DNA of 64,000 nt from Octopus sinensis (lineage: Eukaryota): NCBI RefSeq assembly GCF_006345805.1, contig NC_043002.1, positions 11,904,001-11,968,000 of the forward strand, in the 5' to 3' direction. The notes below the pieces were generated by a model. The model worked only from the letters and a program-made list of their open reading frames with translations, made no database searches and had not been told where the DNA came from. The position numbers and the translations under genes were made by a program. Shown here piece after piece: positions 12,042-24,951 of the stretch. The number at the start of each line of letters is the position of its first letter. The stretch's first letter is position 1.

Positions 12042-13062
12042 GGGAATATGGTGACTGCTCTGTGTTGTCGGAGGCAGATTAGCACAAACGTTCAGCTGCT
12101 GATGTGAAAAAGGTGATGAAACGAAAAAGAGATCAGGGGATTAGCTTAGGAGTTATGTTCGTTCGTTGGGTATGCTATTAAGCCGACAAGTGGGGAAGCT
12201 GTGCATTATTAATGTAGTACCCCTGTTGGAATGGGATGTGTGATATGTGTAGTGGTGTCATATGCATAATTTTATCTGGGGGTGTAGTTATATATAGCTG
12301 TGTTCGCTGGTCTGTTTCCTTTCTGTAAAGGTTAAAGTCATGAGAGGTTTTCATGTTAGAGTGAGGTGTGTAATATGTGTGTGGATCTGTGCATGTGTGG
12401 GGTACAATTTGTGCGCCGTGATAGTGGGGTCAGTCTATTTTGTGAGGCGTCTGCCTTATAGGGGTGTCCGTGTGTGTACATGGGTGCATTGGTGTGTGCT
12501 TTAGTCAAACTCTTTTGCTGGGACCGAGGGCAGTGGTGGAAGGTCGTTGGCGGAGGGTCAAGGCTCGAGGCAGGAGACCTGAGGTTGCAGTCATGGTGAA
12601 ACGCGCAGATACGATAGGATGTACATCCTATCGTACACAGCAATGCACCTAGGTACACACCCTTCTAAGGCGGACACCCTACACAAATTGTACTCCCACA
12701 CATGTGCAAACCTCTCATACACATTGCACACTGCACCATAACATAATCCCCCCCACGATTTTATCGTTTACAGAAAGAAAACAGACCAACGAACATAGCT
12801 ATATATACCTACACCTCCGTATAAAATTATGCATATAACACCACTACACATATCACTCACCCCATCCCCACAGGGCCAACACATTAATAATACAGGGCTT
12901 CCCCGCTTCAAGATAACTTTCGTCGGTGTAAAGGCATACCTAACCAAAGGACATAAGTACTAATGTAATCCCCTGGTTTTTCGTTTCAACACCTTTTTTC
13001 ACAGCAGTCCCAAACGTTTGTCCTAATCCACCTCTGATAATAGAGAACACTCACCATATCCC
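12042..13062. repeat. ~1-kb fold-back: imperfect inverted arms (12042-12491 and 12641-13062) around a GC-richer spacer
   Basis: The arms align by eye as reverse complements, e.g. gatatgtgtagtggtgtcatatgcataatttta vs taaaattatgcatataacaccactacacatatc. Confidence 0.8.
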
Positions 13063-13464
13063 GAATTTAGAATACAGAATCAAATGAAATTTTTTTATTA
13101 GGGGTCTACTCAGTCAATTTTAACTTAGGTGAAGGATGAGGAATAGTATACAGCCTATAAACCTACATCATATCTAAACCATTTGGTTTTTGCTTGAATG
13201 TTCCTTTTTGTTCTATAGGCATGTGTGAGGAAATGAATTAAACAAAATAAATTATTAGACATTAAAGAAATATATTTTGAATAGTTTCCGTTCATTTTGA
13301 ATACAAATTCCAGATCTTGTTTGCTTTTATCAGTTGTGCTTACTCCTAATGCAACAAACACATATGCAAACACACACACACACACACACATAAATACACA
13401 AACATACATACATACTTATATACGTACATAGATGTATACATACATAAACATACATACAACATAA

Positions 13465-13800
13465 AGCTGAAGATCGGCGAAAAAGAGAACACCTATGCTG
13501 AACTATTGAGAAATCTGCAGTTACTCTGTCCAGATTACAAGTTCAGGTTTATACCTGTAATTATTACGGCACTGGGATATGGAACATACTGACTAAATAC
13601 CACTCTTGAGAAATTAGGCTTCTCAAAACCAGAAAGAAGAAAGCTAATTCGAATACTACAGATCCAATCCATCACTGGAACTGTAAAAATCTGTAACACT
13701 TTCCAGAATTTTAATATTTAAATATATATGGGCATGTCTAGATATGTAAATATATGCATGAGAATACGTTACATAAAACATAAAAATCTGCACATTGATA
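13465..13800 (+). mobile_element. 3' end of an REL-type non-LTR retrotransposon in a (CATA)n-like tract
   Basis: Manual translation KLKIGEKENTYAELLRNLQLLCPDYKFRFIPVIITALGY...LIRILQIQSITGTVKICNTFQNF resembles REL C-termini. Confidence 0.65.
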
Positions 13801-13977
13801 CATATATATACATACCTACCCTGTTGTTGATGTTAAAATTCGAATGAAGGAGCCTTGGATCTAGGTTAGAAACCGGTTCTTTCTCTATTGGTAAGTTGTC
13901 CGTTACTCATAAAAAGCAGGCGCATTGAGAAAGAGAGCGATTATACCGCTATATACCATCAAACATGGTGTGTGAGC

Positions 13978-14030
<53 letters not shown>

Positions 14031-14451
14031 CTACACACACACACACACTGTAAACACTTTTGCGAAGTGCCTTGGGTATGTGGCGGGTATATATTTGATT
14101 AATATAAAGCATTATTTATTTACTCTGTTATGACTGCTTCAGTTTATTTACGTAGGTCGAAGAGTTGCTATTCTTAAAAAAGAGACAAAGCATATTCTGT
14201 TCAGTCAGAAACGTGTGTCTGCCTGTCTGTGCTTGTTGTGTATGTGTGTGTGTTGCTTGTGTGTGTATCTGTGTGTTGGGTGTGTATACAGATATCGAAA
14301 ATGCGAATGACAAGAAGGAGGTTGTTTTTTATTACATTTATGTTATCGATTTTTCGTTTTATATATCATATATTTATATATATAACAACACATATATATA
14401 TAATATATATATTATACATATATACATATACATACGTTCATACTACATAAT

Positions 14452-14490
<39 letters not shown>

Positions 14491-14513
14491 CATACAATAT
14501 ATAATATATATGC

Positions 14514-14559
<46 letters not shown>

Positions 14560-14572
14560 TATATTACGTGAA

Positions 14573-14905
14573 GGCGCATGGCTCAGTGGATAGAGCGTCA
14601 GCTTACGATCGTGAGGTTGTGAGCTCGAATCCCGGACGGGGCTGCGTGTTGTGTTCTTGAGCAAGGCACTTTATTTCACGTTGCTCCAGTTCACTCAGCT
14701 GTAGAAATGAGTTGCGACGTCACAGTGCCAACTGTATCGCCCTTGCCTTTCCCTTGGACAACATCAGTGAGTGGAGAGGGGAGGCCGGTATGCATGGGCG
14801 ACTGCTGGTCTTCCATAAAACAACCTTGCCCAACTTGTGCCTCAGAGGTATCTCTTCTAGGTGCAAACCCATGGTCGTGCCTGACCGAAGGGGGTCTTTT
14901 ACCCC
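14573..14905 (+). mobile_element. SINE family D (tRNA-like head, gtgttcttgagcaaggcacttt core, ccatggtc...gaccgaagggggtc tail)
   Basis: A and B boxes (ggctcagtgg; gagctcgaatccc). The tail is shared with 36455-36651. Confidence 0.85.
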
Positions 14906-14918
14906 TTTATATATATAC

Positions 14919-14949
<31 letters not shown>

Positions 14950-14983
14950 CCTACATATATATTATGTATATATATAATATATA

Positions 14984-15022
<39 letters not shown>

Positions 15023-15934
15023 TATGCCGATGAAACCTTTTCAAAGATTAATCAGATAATAACGAACAAAATGATTATAAAGAAATCAGCGTTAGTCTAT
15101 TAGAAGTTTGTGAATTTGTCTTTTACACAAATTGCTGTCTTTCTTTTTCTATCAAATGAGCAACGTTGAGATAAAGTATCTGAAATGTTTGCAAAGATTG
15201 CTTTTGTAAATATATTTGTGCTTACCGTTAACGGACAATTTCGCCAATATGTCGAGTACGACTTATAAGTTGAGGGCAAGATATTTTTTTGTGATTCTCT
15301 ACTTCTTATTCACTTTTCCTGACTAAGTAAAAATGACTATTAGAAACAGCAGCTTCAAGAAATGTCTATTGCTTGTAGTTCTTTCATTTAAAACATATAT
15401 AAAATGTATTTTTATAATGTCTATAAAATATATTTTGTATATTGTCCAACACAGACCCCTACACACTGGCGCACACACATATGAGTAATTGTTGGGACGT
15501 ACTACTGCGGCACACACACATATATCTATGAATATACGTAGAAATAGGGGAGCGCATGCCCTCACGCATGTCAGTAAAACTATATCCAATGTGAATATCT
15601 CGAAGACAGATCAAAGTTGGAGTTCCAAGATCGAACCCCAAAGACGTTGTTTGCTGTAAAGCTAATAAGCATGAAAAAGAACAGCGGAGGGAGAACAAAT
15701 TAGATGCATGTTAGTAGTTTAAGGCTGCCTTAGAGAAGCAACGTCTCTTAACTTTTCACAGGTGAATCTTTCAAGAAAATAAAATGAGGACCATAAAAAG
15801 TATAGAAAACAGAAAAAATATATATAAAGTTACTAAATAAAAAGAAATGAAAATTATGTCCCTTTTTTGTGGGGTGGCGTTTTAAAATAACTTTTCTATT
15901 TCTCTTTCACATTCTCATTACATATCTCTTTTCT

Positions 15935-15972
15935 TTCGTTTGATGAAGGACGTATGTCCGAAATGTTGAGTC
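15935..15972 (+). ncRNA. Degenerate hammerhead-like motif (C3 to T)
   Basis: TTGATGA-a-ggac gtat gtcc-GAAA-tgtt; stem I is not convincing. Confidence 0.35.
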
Positions 15973-16490
15973 TCTCTCACTGTCCAATGAATCGTTAACC
16001 TAATCAAATATATTTTTAAAACACTTTCGATGTGTGTCTTTGTTTATAGCTCCATGTTTCTCTCTCTCTCTCTCTCTCTCTTTTATATATATATAGAGAG
16101 AGAAAGAGACAGAGACAGATAGACGGCGTGATGCAGGAAACACTTGGTATATAATTACATCGATGAAAGGGAATGAAGACGGGTCATTTGACACAGACAG
16201 GCATAACGATAGAGAGAGAATTAGGTGAAGTGAGCAATAGATATAATGTGAGGGAGGGGGTATGGAAATTTAATGAATTCTAAGGTCTCCCTGCGATGAC
16301 ATATTGAAAATGAATATAAAGAAATAATGATATAAGGGGGAAGGAGAGGGGTAAAAGTCTAAGGAACGACATATACGTCAATAAAGAATCGTAGAGAAAA
16401 CGCATTGCTGTGTGATTAAAGATTTCGCTTTGGAATTATGTGATTTTCTGTTCAGTTCCACGTCACGGTCTTCTACAACAGCGGGAGTGA

Positions 16491-16680
16491 GAGGCACAAT
16501 GGCCCAGTGGTTAGGGCAGCGGACTCACGGTCTTAAGAAAGCAGTTTCGATTCCCAGACCAGGCATTGTGAGTGTTTATTGAAGAAAAACACCTAAAGTT
16601 CAACGAGGCTCCGGCAGCGGGGCTGTACGAATCCAGCTGTACTCTTTCATCACATCTTTCTCTCACTCTTTCTACCTACT
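16491..16680 (+). mobile_element. SINE-C 5' half
   Basis: gaggcacaatggcccagtggttagggcagcggactcacgg. Confidence 0.85.
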
Positions 16681-16984
16681 TCTGCCACAAAGCAGAGGAA
16701 CCATGGTGTAACCCACTATGGTGTGGTAAAACTTTCAGACCCTAGTCTAGATTGCGAATCATCCTCTGCACCCCAGGATGGTTCAGCTCTCCACCCGTTA
16801 AAAGCCACCGTTTACGGCATGAGGATAACAACGTAGCTTTCGCTCACATGTAACCGCCAGTCTATCGCATGTGGTGAGTGGATCTTCAAGTTGCCACACG
16901 CATTCTTAGTAGCTTAGAGTAGGCTCGAATTAAAGATTATTCTCTGTGGCTAATGGCGTGAGTTCTGATTGGAAGAAGAAGACA

Positions 16985-17225
16985 ACAGCCTCGAGTTGAT
17001 TTTGTAGACCGTGGAAGCGTGTATGTGTGTGAGTGTGTGTTTCGTTTGACAACTCGTGCTAGTTTGTTTCCGGTCCCGTAACTTAGCGATTCGGACAAGA
17101 AACTGATAGAAAATAAGTATCACGCTAATAAATACGGGCGTCGATTGGTTCCACACTTTGGTGCCCCAGCACGGCCGCTGTCTTGTGATTGAAACAAGTA
17201 AAAAAGAGAAAAATAAAGAAAGAAA
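16985..17225 (+). mobile_element. Diverged SINE-A 3' half
   Basis: gtaacttagcgattcgg...gatagaaaataagta...ccagcacggccgc. Confidence 0.7.
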
Positions 17226-17826
17226 GAGGATGCACGTAAAGAAGCAAGATAAAAACGTTGATGTGAAGGGGAGACAAAGAGGGAGAGAAAATGAAATATT
17301 ATAAGAATAAGAAAGAAAATAAACATACGGAAAATAAGAAAGAAGTAATTGAATAAAGTTCGAAATATATAAATAAATAAATTGACATTCAATGAAGAAG
17401 AAATAATCGGAAAAATAAAATAAATAAAAGATGAAGAAAAATCATGTACGAAATGAAAACTGAAGAAAAAGACTATGAAAGAATTTGTTAATGAAGAATA
17501 TATGAAGAAATAATGAGAAGAAAAATAATGAGAAAACATTTAATTTGTTCTCCCCCCGCTGTTAATTTTCATGGTTTTAAGCCATACTAACGTCTTTGGG
17601 GTTCGACCTCGGAACTCCAATAAACATAACAACGGTGTGAGAGGAAGGGTGAGAAAAATATAAGGAAAGGAAGAATGAAGGGAAGAAAGGAAATGGTGGA
17701 AAGAAAATTTCAGAGAAAAAAAACTCCAAAGGAGAAGAAATTCGATGGGAATCGAGGACATGTACGGAGAGCTGAGATTTGAAACTGTGATAGTATCACG
17801 TCTGTGAGTGTGTGCGTGTCTTTGCA

Positions 17827-17926
17827 NNNNNNNNNNNNNNNNNNNNNNNNNNNNNNNNNNNNNNNNNNNNNNNNNNNNNNNNNNNNNNNNNNNNNNNNNN
17901 NNNNNNNNNNNNNNNNNNNNNNNNNN
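17827..17926. other. Assembly gap (100 N)
   Basis: Run of n. Confidence 0.99.
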
Positions 17927-18119
17927 CATCATCATCATCATCTCATCATCATCACACCACCATCGTCATCATCATCGACATCATCATCACCGATCATCAT
18001 TCATCACCCTCATCATCATCATCGCATCATCATCATCATCCATCACCATCAGCCTCGTCATCATCTCATCATCATCACATCGTCTCATCATCATCATCTC
18101 ATCATCATCATCATCATCG

Positions 18120-18153
<34 letters not shown>

Positions 18154-18297
18154 CATCATCATCATCTCATCATCATCATCATCATCATCGTCATCATCAT
18201 CATCATCATCTCATCACACATCATCGTCACATCATCGTCATCACATCATCATCACCATCCATGCACCATCATCACCATCATCATCATCATCATCGTG

Positions 18298-18333
<36 letters not shown>

Positions 18334-18334
18334 G

Positions 18335-18375
<41 letters not shown>

Positions 18376-18480
18376 TCATCGTCATCACCATCATCATCGA
18401 TCATCATCATCAACATCATCATCACCATCGTCATCATCATCGACATCATCATCACCATCATCATCATCACCCTCATCATC

Positions 18481-18519
<39 letters not shown>

Positions 18520-18603
18520 GTCATCATCGTCATCATCGCCATCATCATCATCGTCGTCATAATCATCATCATCGCCATCATCCTCATCATCATCATTATC
18601 ATT

Positions 18604-18635
<32 letters not shown>

Positions 18636-18640
18636 CACCA

Positions 18641-18675
<35 letters not shown>
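17927..18675. repeat. Degenerate (CAT)n tract
   Basis: Direct reading; it abuts the gap. Confidence 0.95.
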
Positions 18676-19144
18676 ATATTAGCGTCGTCTTTGCAGATTC
18701 GTTTCTGAAGTCTCGCCTTGTTCCAGCGTTTCTCACGCGGCTACAGTTCCTTACATACGCAGTTTATATAGAGAAAGATGTAAACTATTTTCACGTTTAA
18801 AATTCGTACGAGAAGTTTATGTTTGCTGTTGTTGTTGTTGTTCCTGTTGTTGTTTGGAAGAGGAGGCAATTGAGATTGGTGCCGGATAAAGACAGCGGTA
18901 ATTGCAATGGTGATGTTGGTGTTGGTGCTGTTGATGTTTATAGGGCGGTGGTCGCACTGGCGATGTATGGTGCGGCATGGGGGAAAGAGATAAGAGAGAA
19001 AAAAATAGGGTTTTTATCAACTGTAGATTGCTTGATTGTATGGCTGATTTGCTAAATACACACATATGCATAGTGGGTGTATATATGTATGTATGTATGC
19101 ATGAATGTATGTATGTATGTATATATGTATGTATATACAGATGC

Positions 19145-19176
<32 letters not shown>

Positions 19177-19193
19177 ATATGTATATATATTTG

Positions 19194-19224
<31 letters not shown>

Positions 19225-19320
19225 TTATGTATATATCTGTATATATATATATATGCGTGTGTGTGTGAGTACACTCATATTTACATTTGTATGTATGTTT
19301 TGTGTGTGAATAGACATTAA

Positions 19321-19359
<39 letters not shown>

Positions 19360-19378
19360 CATTATTATTATGATTCTG

Positions 19379-19433
<55 letters not shown>

Positions 19434-19480
19434 TATTATTATTATCATCATCATCATCATCATCATTATTTTCATTGTTG

Positions 19481-19686
19481 AGGCGAGAAGATGGTTGAAA
19501 CGTTAGCACGCGAAATGCTTAGCTGTATTTCGTCTGTCTTTGCGTTCAGAGTTTCAATTCCACCGAGGTCGACTTTGCCGTTCAACCTTTCGGATTTGAT
19601 AAAATAAGTACCAGTTGCGTACAGGGGTTGATCTAATCGATTGATCCCCTCCCCAAATTTCGGGCCTTGTGCCTAGAGTAGAAAAG
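19481..19686 (+). mobile_element. SINE-B variant with the cccctcccc tail
   Basis: caccgaggtcgactttgccgttcaacc core. Confidence 0.8.
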
Positions 19687-19711
19687 ATTATTATTATTAT
19701 TATTATTATTA

Positions 19712-19742
<31 letters not shown>

Positions 19743-20289
19743 GAGTGAGAGAGCAGTGCATGACATCAAAGTGACACAGGGGTAAAAATACGAAGCCCAA
19801 TATACCCATCATGACTACCCGTCTGATAAGGGTACACCAGGCACATGCCACCAACCATATGTGCGCGACATGGTGATCTCATATATCAGATAAACAGCAC
19901 ATGACTTGCAGGTGGGGCCCAGTTAGAATTTTCTTCAGGTTGGGTAGCCCATCCCGCTCAAAAGGTCCCTGAATAAGGGTTGTTTAAGGATGTTGAAAGA
20001 ACCACCCCTGTTTTCAAAGGTGAATTATTCAAACGCCAAAGAATCCCTCTCAACACATGGCTATGATGCTCCCCCACTACTTCTGCTCGTGATCAGAGAT
20101 GCACATATCGTCAGCCACTAAGGGACATGCTCAACTGGTTAAAGTCAAACAACTGACAAACAAATCTGTGGTATTGAGTAGAATATTTGCTGTAGCCCAT
20201 CTTTTATACCAAGACAAAACAATGTACATGATAACACTTCCAATCAGTTAAGATCAGAAGCCATGAGAGCCACTGCCTGGTACTGCATC
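19743..20289 (-). mobile_element. ~550-bp non-coding repeat bounded by (ATT)n on both sides
   Basis: Its end (gcactgctctctcactc followed by aat repeats) recurs in the opposite orientation at 31449-31572. Confidence 0.6.
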
Positions 20290-20929
20290 TATTATTATTA
20301 TTATTATTATTATTATTATCATGTATAGATTGAGGCATTCTCCTTTTTGCGCATGTAGATTGATGTGAAGATCCTGTACACCCTCAGATGAAATTCAGAA
20401 CAGTAAAAGATCACTCGACCCCGCCCACCGAAAAATAATATATATATATATATAGATGTATATATACCTTCTCTTTCGTCTGACGGCCAATATTAAACAG
20501 ATGTGTGTGTGTGTGTTCATGTGCTTCACTTAAATATATTCAACAAATGTTCCCGGGTTGCCCACCTTGGGCAAGTGTCCTCTACTATAGCCTCGGACCG
20601 ACCGAAGCCTTGTGAGTTGATTTGGTAGACGGAAACCGGAAGCCGCGCGTCGTATATATATATATTTCAGCCGAGTCGCTAGCACCCATGCTGACGTCGA
20701 AGGGGGTCACAGATTTTTTGTTGATCCAGTGGGATCCGTCGTGGAAAAGAAAAGTCTTACGTGCGTGGAGGATCACATCTTGCTCGGTCTCGGTGATGGT
20801 GGAGAACTTCCTAGCGAAGTTAAATCGCGTCGATCAGCAGGCTCTCCGATATGGAGCGTAGGTAAGTAATCTCGATATCTAATTGTAGGAATCGGGTGTT
20901 GCTTTTGTCAGGTAAATCCCGGAACCAGG

Positions 20930-21634
20930 TTATTGCTCGGAGGTCCTATTCCAGAGTGGAAGGGGTGAAGCTTCATGCATTTTAGGTAAAATCCTGTCCA
21001 GGATCTTCTTGCTGACGGATCCGATGTCAGACTTGGTTGGCTTAATCAGTCGGACCGATGGTTTATTTTCGAAATTATTTTTGTGGTCTTTCAGCGTGAA
21101 GTGTGGGGACTTCACCCTCAGGGGTTCAGTTCGGTCATCGATTTTAAGGGAGGTGGCAATCTCTTTCCCGGATAAGTTGGCTTCAGTTAACGCTGTGTCA
21201 TCAACTTTTTTGTACTTAGCTGTGATGGCGTTATCAGCTAGTCTGTTGTAGGTATCCGGAGTCACCGCGTAAATGTTTTTTGGCTTGTCCGAAGGGACAT
21301 GGAGGTGCGGGGAGCTTTTCATTTTCGAAAGTTTCTCATTAAGTTCCGTTTGGAAAGGTAGGTTGACTCTCCTGAATTTGATGTTTTTTATCATGAGGAA
21401 GAGGTCTTCTTCAAACGGTTCGAGTAGGCTGTTGGTAGGAGGGGCCTTATTTGATTTGAAGCCGTACTTATCATTATTGGTAGATGCTACATCAGGGTGG
21501 TCGAAAAAGAACGATCTCCATCGAATTCTTTTGATGAACTCATCAGTCCGTCTAATAAGGGCTTTTTGGTACTGTTTCCTTGGTGGGATAGTAATATTCT
21601 TCAAGGAAGTGTTGAGGTCGATTCTTCTCAGCAT
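20930..21634 (-). pseudogene. PLE reverse transcriptase, N-terminal part (234 aa to the frameshift)
   Basis: ORF track entry; the RT motifs continue out of frame to about 20655. Confidence 0.8.
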
Positions 21635-21765
21635 TTTTTCTTGGTGATGGTTATAAGGGCACTGGGGTGTGCTAGGATATGTAGGTCCCGGGTTGAGTCG
21701 GGGTTAACCACAGCAAATAAGGTACTCAATACATAGCAGAGTAAATTAATTTATTCTATAGAAGG

Positions 21766-21816
21766 AGCTTCTACAGGACTAGAACTGTTTCATTCAAAAG
21801 AAATCATCAGGAAGCT
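21766..21816 (-). ncRNA. Minimal type-I hammerhead ribozyme in the PLE pLTR
   Basis: agcttc-CTGATGA-t ttc tttt gaa t-GAAA-cag ttctagtc ctg-TA-gaagct, with a TATA-like tgtataaatg about 25 nt upstream on the same strand. Confidence 0.8.
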
Positions 21817-22002
21817 AGGTGACAAGAGTGGTTTTGGCATTTATACATTTAGGTAGGTTTAAAGGGGTGGTGGTGGGGGACTTTTTGGGGGTAGGCATGG
21901 CGCAAACAATCATTCTTAGGGGAGTGGTCAAAGGAATCAGTGGTAAAGTAGATAAAAGAATAAATAGAAAAATAGAGTTTTAGGTAAATAAGGAGACTCT
22001 CA

Positions 22003-22398
22003 CTTATACATATACATATATATATACACACACATACATATATATACATATATATACATATGTATACATTACGCACATATAGATACATAGGCATATACAT
22101 ATATACACATACACATACGTACACATACACACATACACCCATATACACATGTACATATGTACCCATATACATGTATCTACGTACACGCCCATACCCATAC
22201 TCATACATACACTTATATATGTCTACACACATATATATATAAAAGGGGATATACACCCCCATACACACACGCTCCCATATCCATATATATATATATACAC
22301 ATATACATACACACATATATACACACACCCATATACTCATATATGTACATACATACACATACATACCTATACAGACATATATATATATATATATATAG

Positions 22399-22447
<49 letters not shown>

Positions 22448-23300
22448 GCGCACATATATATATACACACACACATACATATGCATATACATGCACACACA
22501 TACACATTTATTCCCTTATTTTAATTTTATTTTTACTTTTGTTTTTATTTTTATTTTTTTCTTGACCTCGGTCAGCCAACCCAGCACTGAAGTGATGTCG
22601 TCCCAAGGGATAGTCTAAAGAGTCCATTTATTGCCCTCCTCCCTTCCTTTCTATCTTTCTACTCACTGATACGAACACAAACATCACACACGCACACACA
22701 CACACGTACACTCATACACATACACACACGCACGTGTTATATTCAAACATACATACATCTACATACATGCACGTATATACACATACGTACACGTACCTAC
22801 AAATTCATATCTACAGGCATACACATACACACATCTATACACCCACAGAAGACTAGTCCATACATATACACAAATAAATATATATACATATACATATACA
22901 CATACATACACATACATACACATACACATATATATACATATACATATATATATATACAATATATATATATATATACATATGCATATACACATATACACAC
23001 ATAAATACACATACATATACACACATACATATGTTTATACATATGCATACACATACACACACACACGCGCCTCCTTATATACATAAATACATGCATGCAT
23101 ACAAACATATACATATATACATACATGCATACTCAAATAATAAATAATGAATAATAAATATATATACATGCAGTTACCCATTATACAGACAGATACATAC
23201 ATATAAACATACACATATATACCTATTTACACATATGTATATATACATACATACATACACACCTAACTCTACATACCTACATATACATAAACACACAAGC

Positions 23301-23335
<35 letters not shown>

Positions 23336-23520
23336 ACAACACATATATAATATATAATATTATACATATATATATATATATATATTACACATATCCACAC
23401 ACATACACATAACACATATACATACACGTACACATACATATACTCGCACGTAAATACACGCACTCACATACATGCGTATATTCCTACTAACACCCATACA
23501 CTTCTATACATATATAACAT

Positions 23521-23567
<47 letters not shown>

Positions 23568-24241
23568 TATACATATATACACACATACATACACGTACGC
23601 GCATACCTACATATACATACACTCATATATACTTACACCAGTCATATACATACCTACATACCCATACATCCGTATATCTATACATATACATACACGTATA
23701 TATACACAAGCACATACTAATACACACGCACACACATCTATCTACATATATAAAAAAGAAACCCAACAAGTCCATACATGTACACACATACACATACATA
23801 CATGCATATACACATATATACCCATACACATATACACATACACATACACATATATGTATACACTCATGTATATATATACATATATACACATACATATACA
23901 TACACACATGCATACACACACGCGCATCTATATATACACATAAGTACACACATGCATAAATGTATACATATGTTTATACATATGCATACACATACACACA
24001 CACACGCGCCTCCTTATATACATAAATACATACATGCATACAAACATATACATATATACATACATGCATACTCAAATAATAAATAATAAGTAATAAATAT
24101 ATATACATGCAGTTACCCATTATACAGACGGATACATACATATAAACATAGACATATATACCTATTTACACATATGTATATATACATACATACATACACA
24201 CATAACTCTACATACCTACATATACATAAACACACAAGCGT

Positions 24242-24272
<31 letters not shown>

Positions 24273-24453
24273 ATATATATACACACATATATATATATAC
24301 CTATATATATATATATATACACATATCCACACACATACACATACACATATACATACACGTACACATACATATACTCGCACGTAAATACACGCACTCACAT
24401 ACATGCGTATATTCCTACTAACACCCATACATTTTTATACATATATACAAAAC

Positions 24454-24502
<49 letters not shown>

Positions 24503-24560
24503 CATATATATATATACATATGTATGTATGTATGTATGTATATATATGTATGTGTCTGTA
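22003..24560. repeat. Compound degenerate (CA/TA/CATA)n block containing a ~0.9-kb-period tandem duplication
   Basis: The unique anchors gcgcctccttat, gcagttacccattatacagac and gcgtatattcctactaacaccc each occur twice. Confidence 0.85.
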
Positions 24561-24574
24561 TGTGTTTGTATGTC

Positions 24575-24780
24575 TGTGTTTGTCCTCCACCAACATCCCT
24601 TGACGACCAATAGTTGTGTGTTTACGACCTCGTAACTTAGTGGTTCAGCAAAAACACTGATATAATAAGCACTAAGCTTACAAAGAATATGTCCTGGGGT
24701 CGACTTGCTCGACTAAAGGCGGTGCTCCAGCATGGTCGCAGTCAAATGATTGAAGCAAGTAAAAGAGAGTAAAAGAGAGC
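24575..24780 (+). mobile_element. SINE-A 3' half
   Basis: tttgtcctccaccaacatc...ggtgctccagcatggtcgcagtc...aaaagag. Confidence 0.85.
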
Positions 24781-24951
24781 ATTACTCCGAGTTACTCAAT
24801 GCTGTTGTATGTTGGCAACGTATTATAGGATTATGAAGAACGTATGTGGTATTTTCCTCCAAGATGTATTTTATAATTCAATTCTGTCTTATTATCTCCA
24901 TTCCAATATTTGTTATACAATATTCCGTTAATATATAATATAACATCTTTC

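Larger units (their letters stand above)
20652..22003 (-). mobile_element. Penelope-like element (Naiad/Chlamys-like RT), 5' part: pLTR with HHR, then a frameshifted, 3'-truncated RT ORF
   Basis: ORF 20930..21634 contains FKSNKAPP, FTLKDHKNNFENKPSVRLIKPTKSDIGSVSKKILDRI. Downstream frames give FLQLDIE and VILHARKTFLF...FDVSMGASDSAEI. The clade assignment is from motif recall. Confidence 0.8.

Noticed and set aside
17804-18800. Long His/Ile/Ser/Met-rich ORFs (up to 330 aa)
   Set aside because: They are translations of a (CAT)n tract and run through the N gap. All three frames are open because the repeat has no stops.
21680-22003. Possible SECIS in the Naiad-like pLTR (some Naiad PLEs are reported to encode selenoproteins)
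   Set aside because: There is an ATGA, but I could not form the SECIS helix or the GA quartet, and the surviving ORF has no in-frame TGA.
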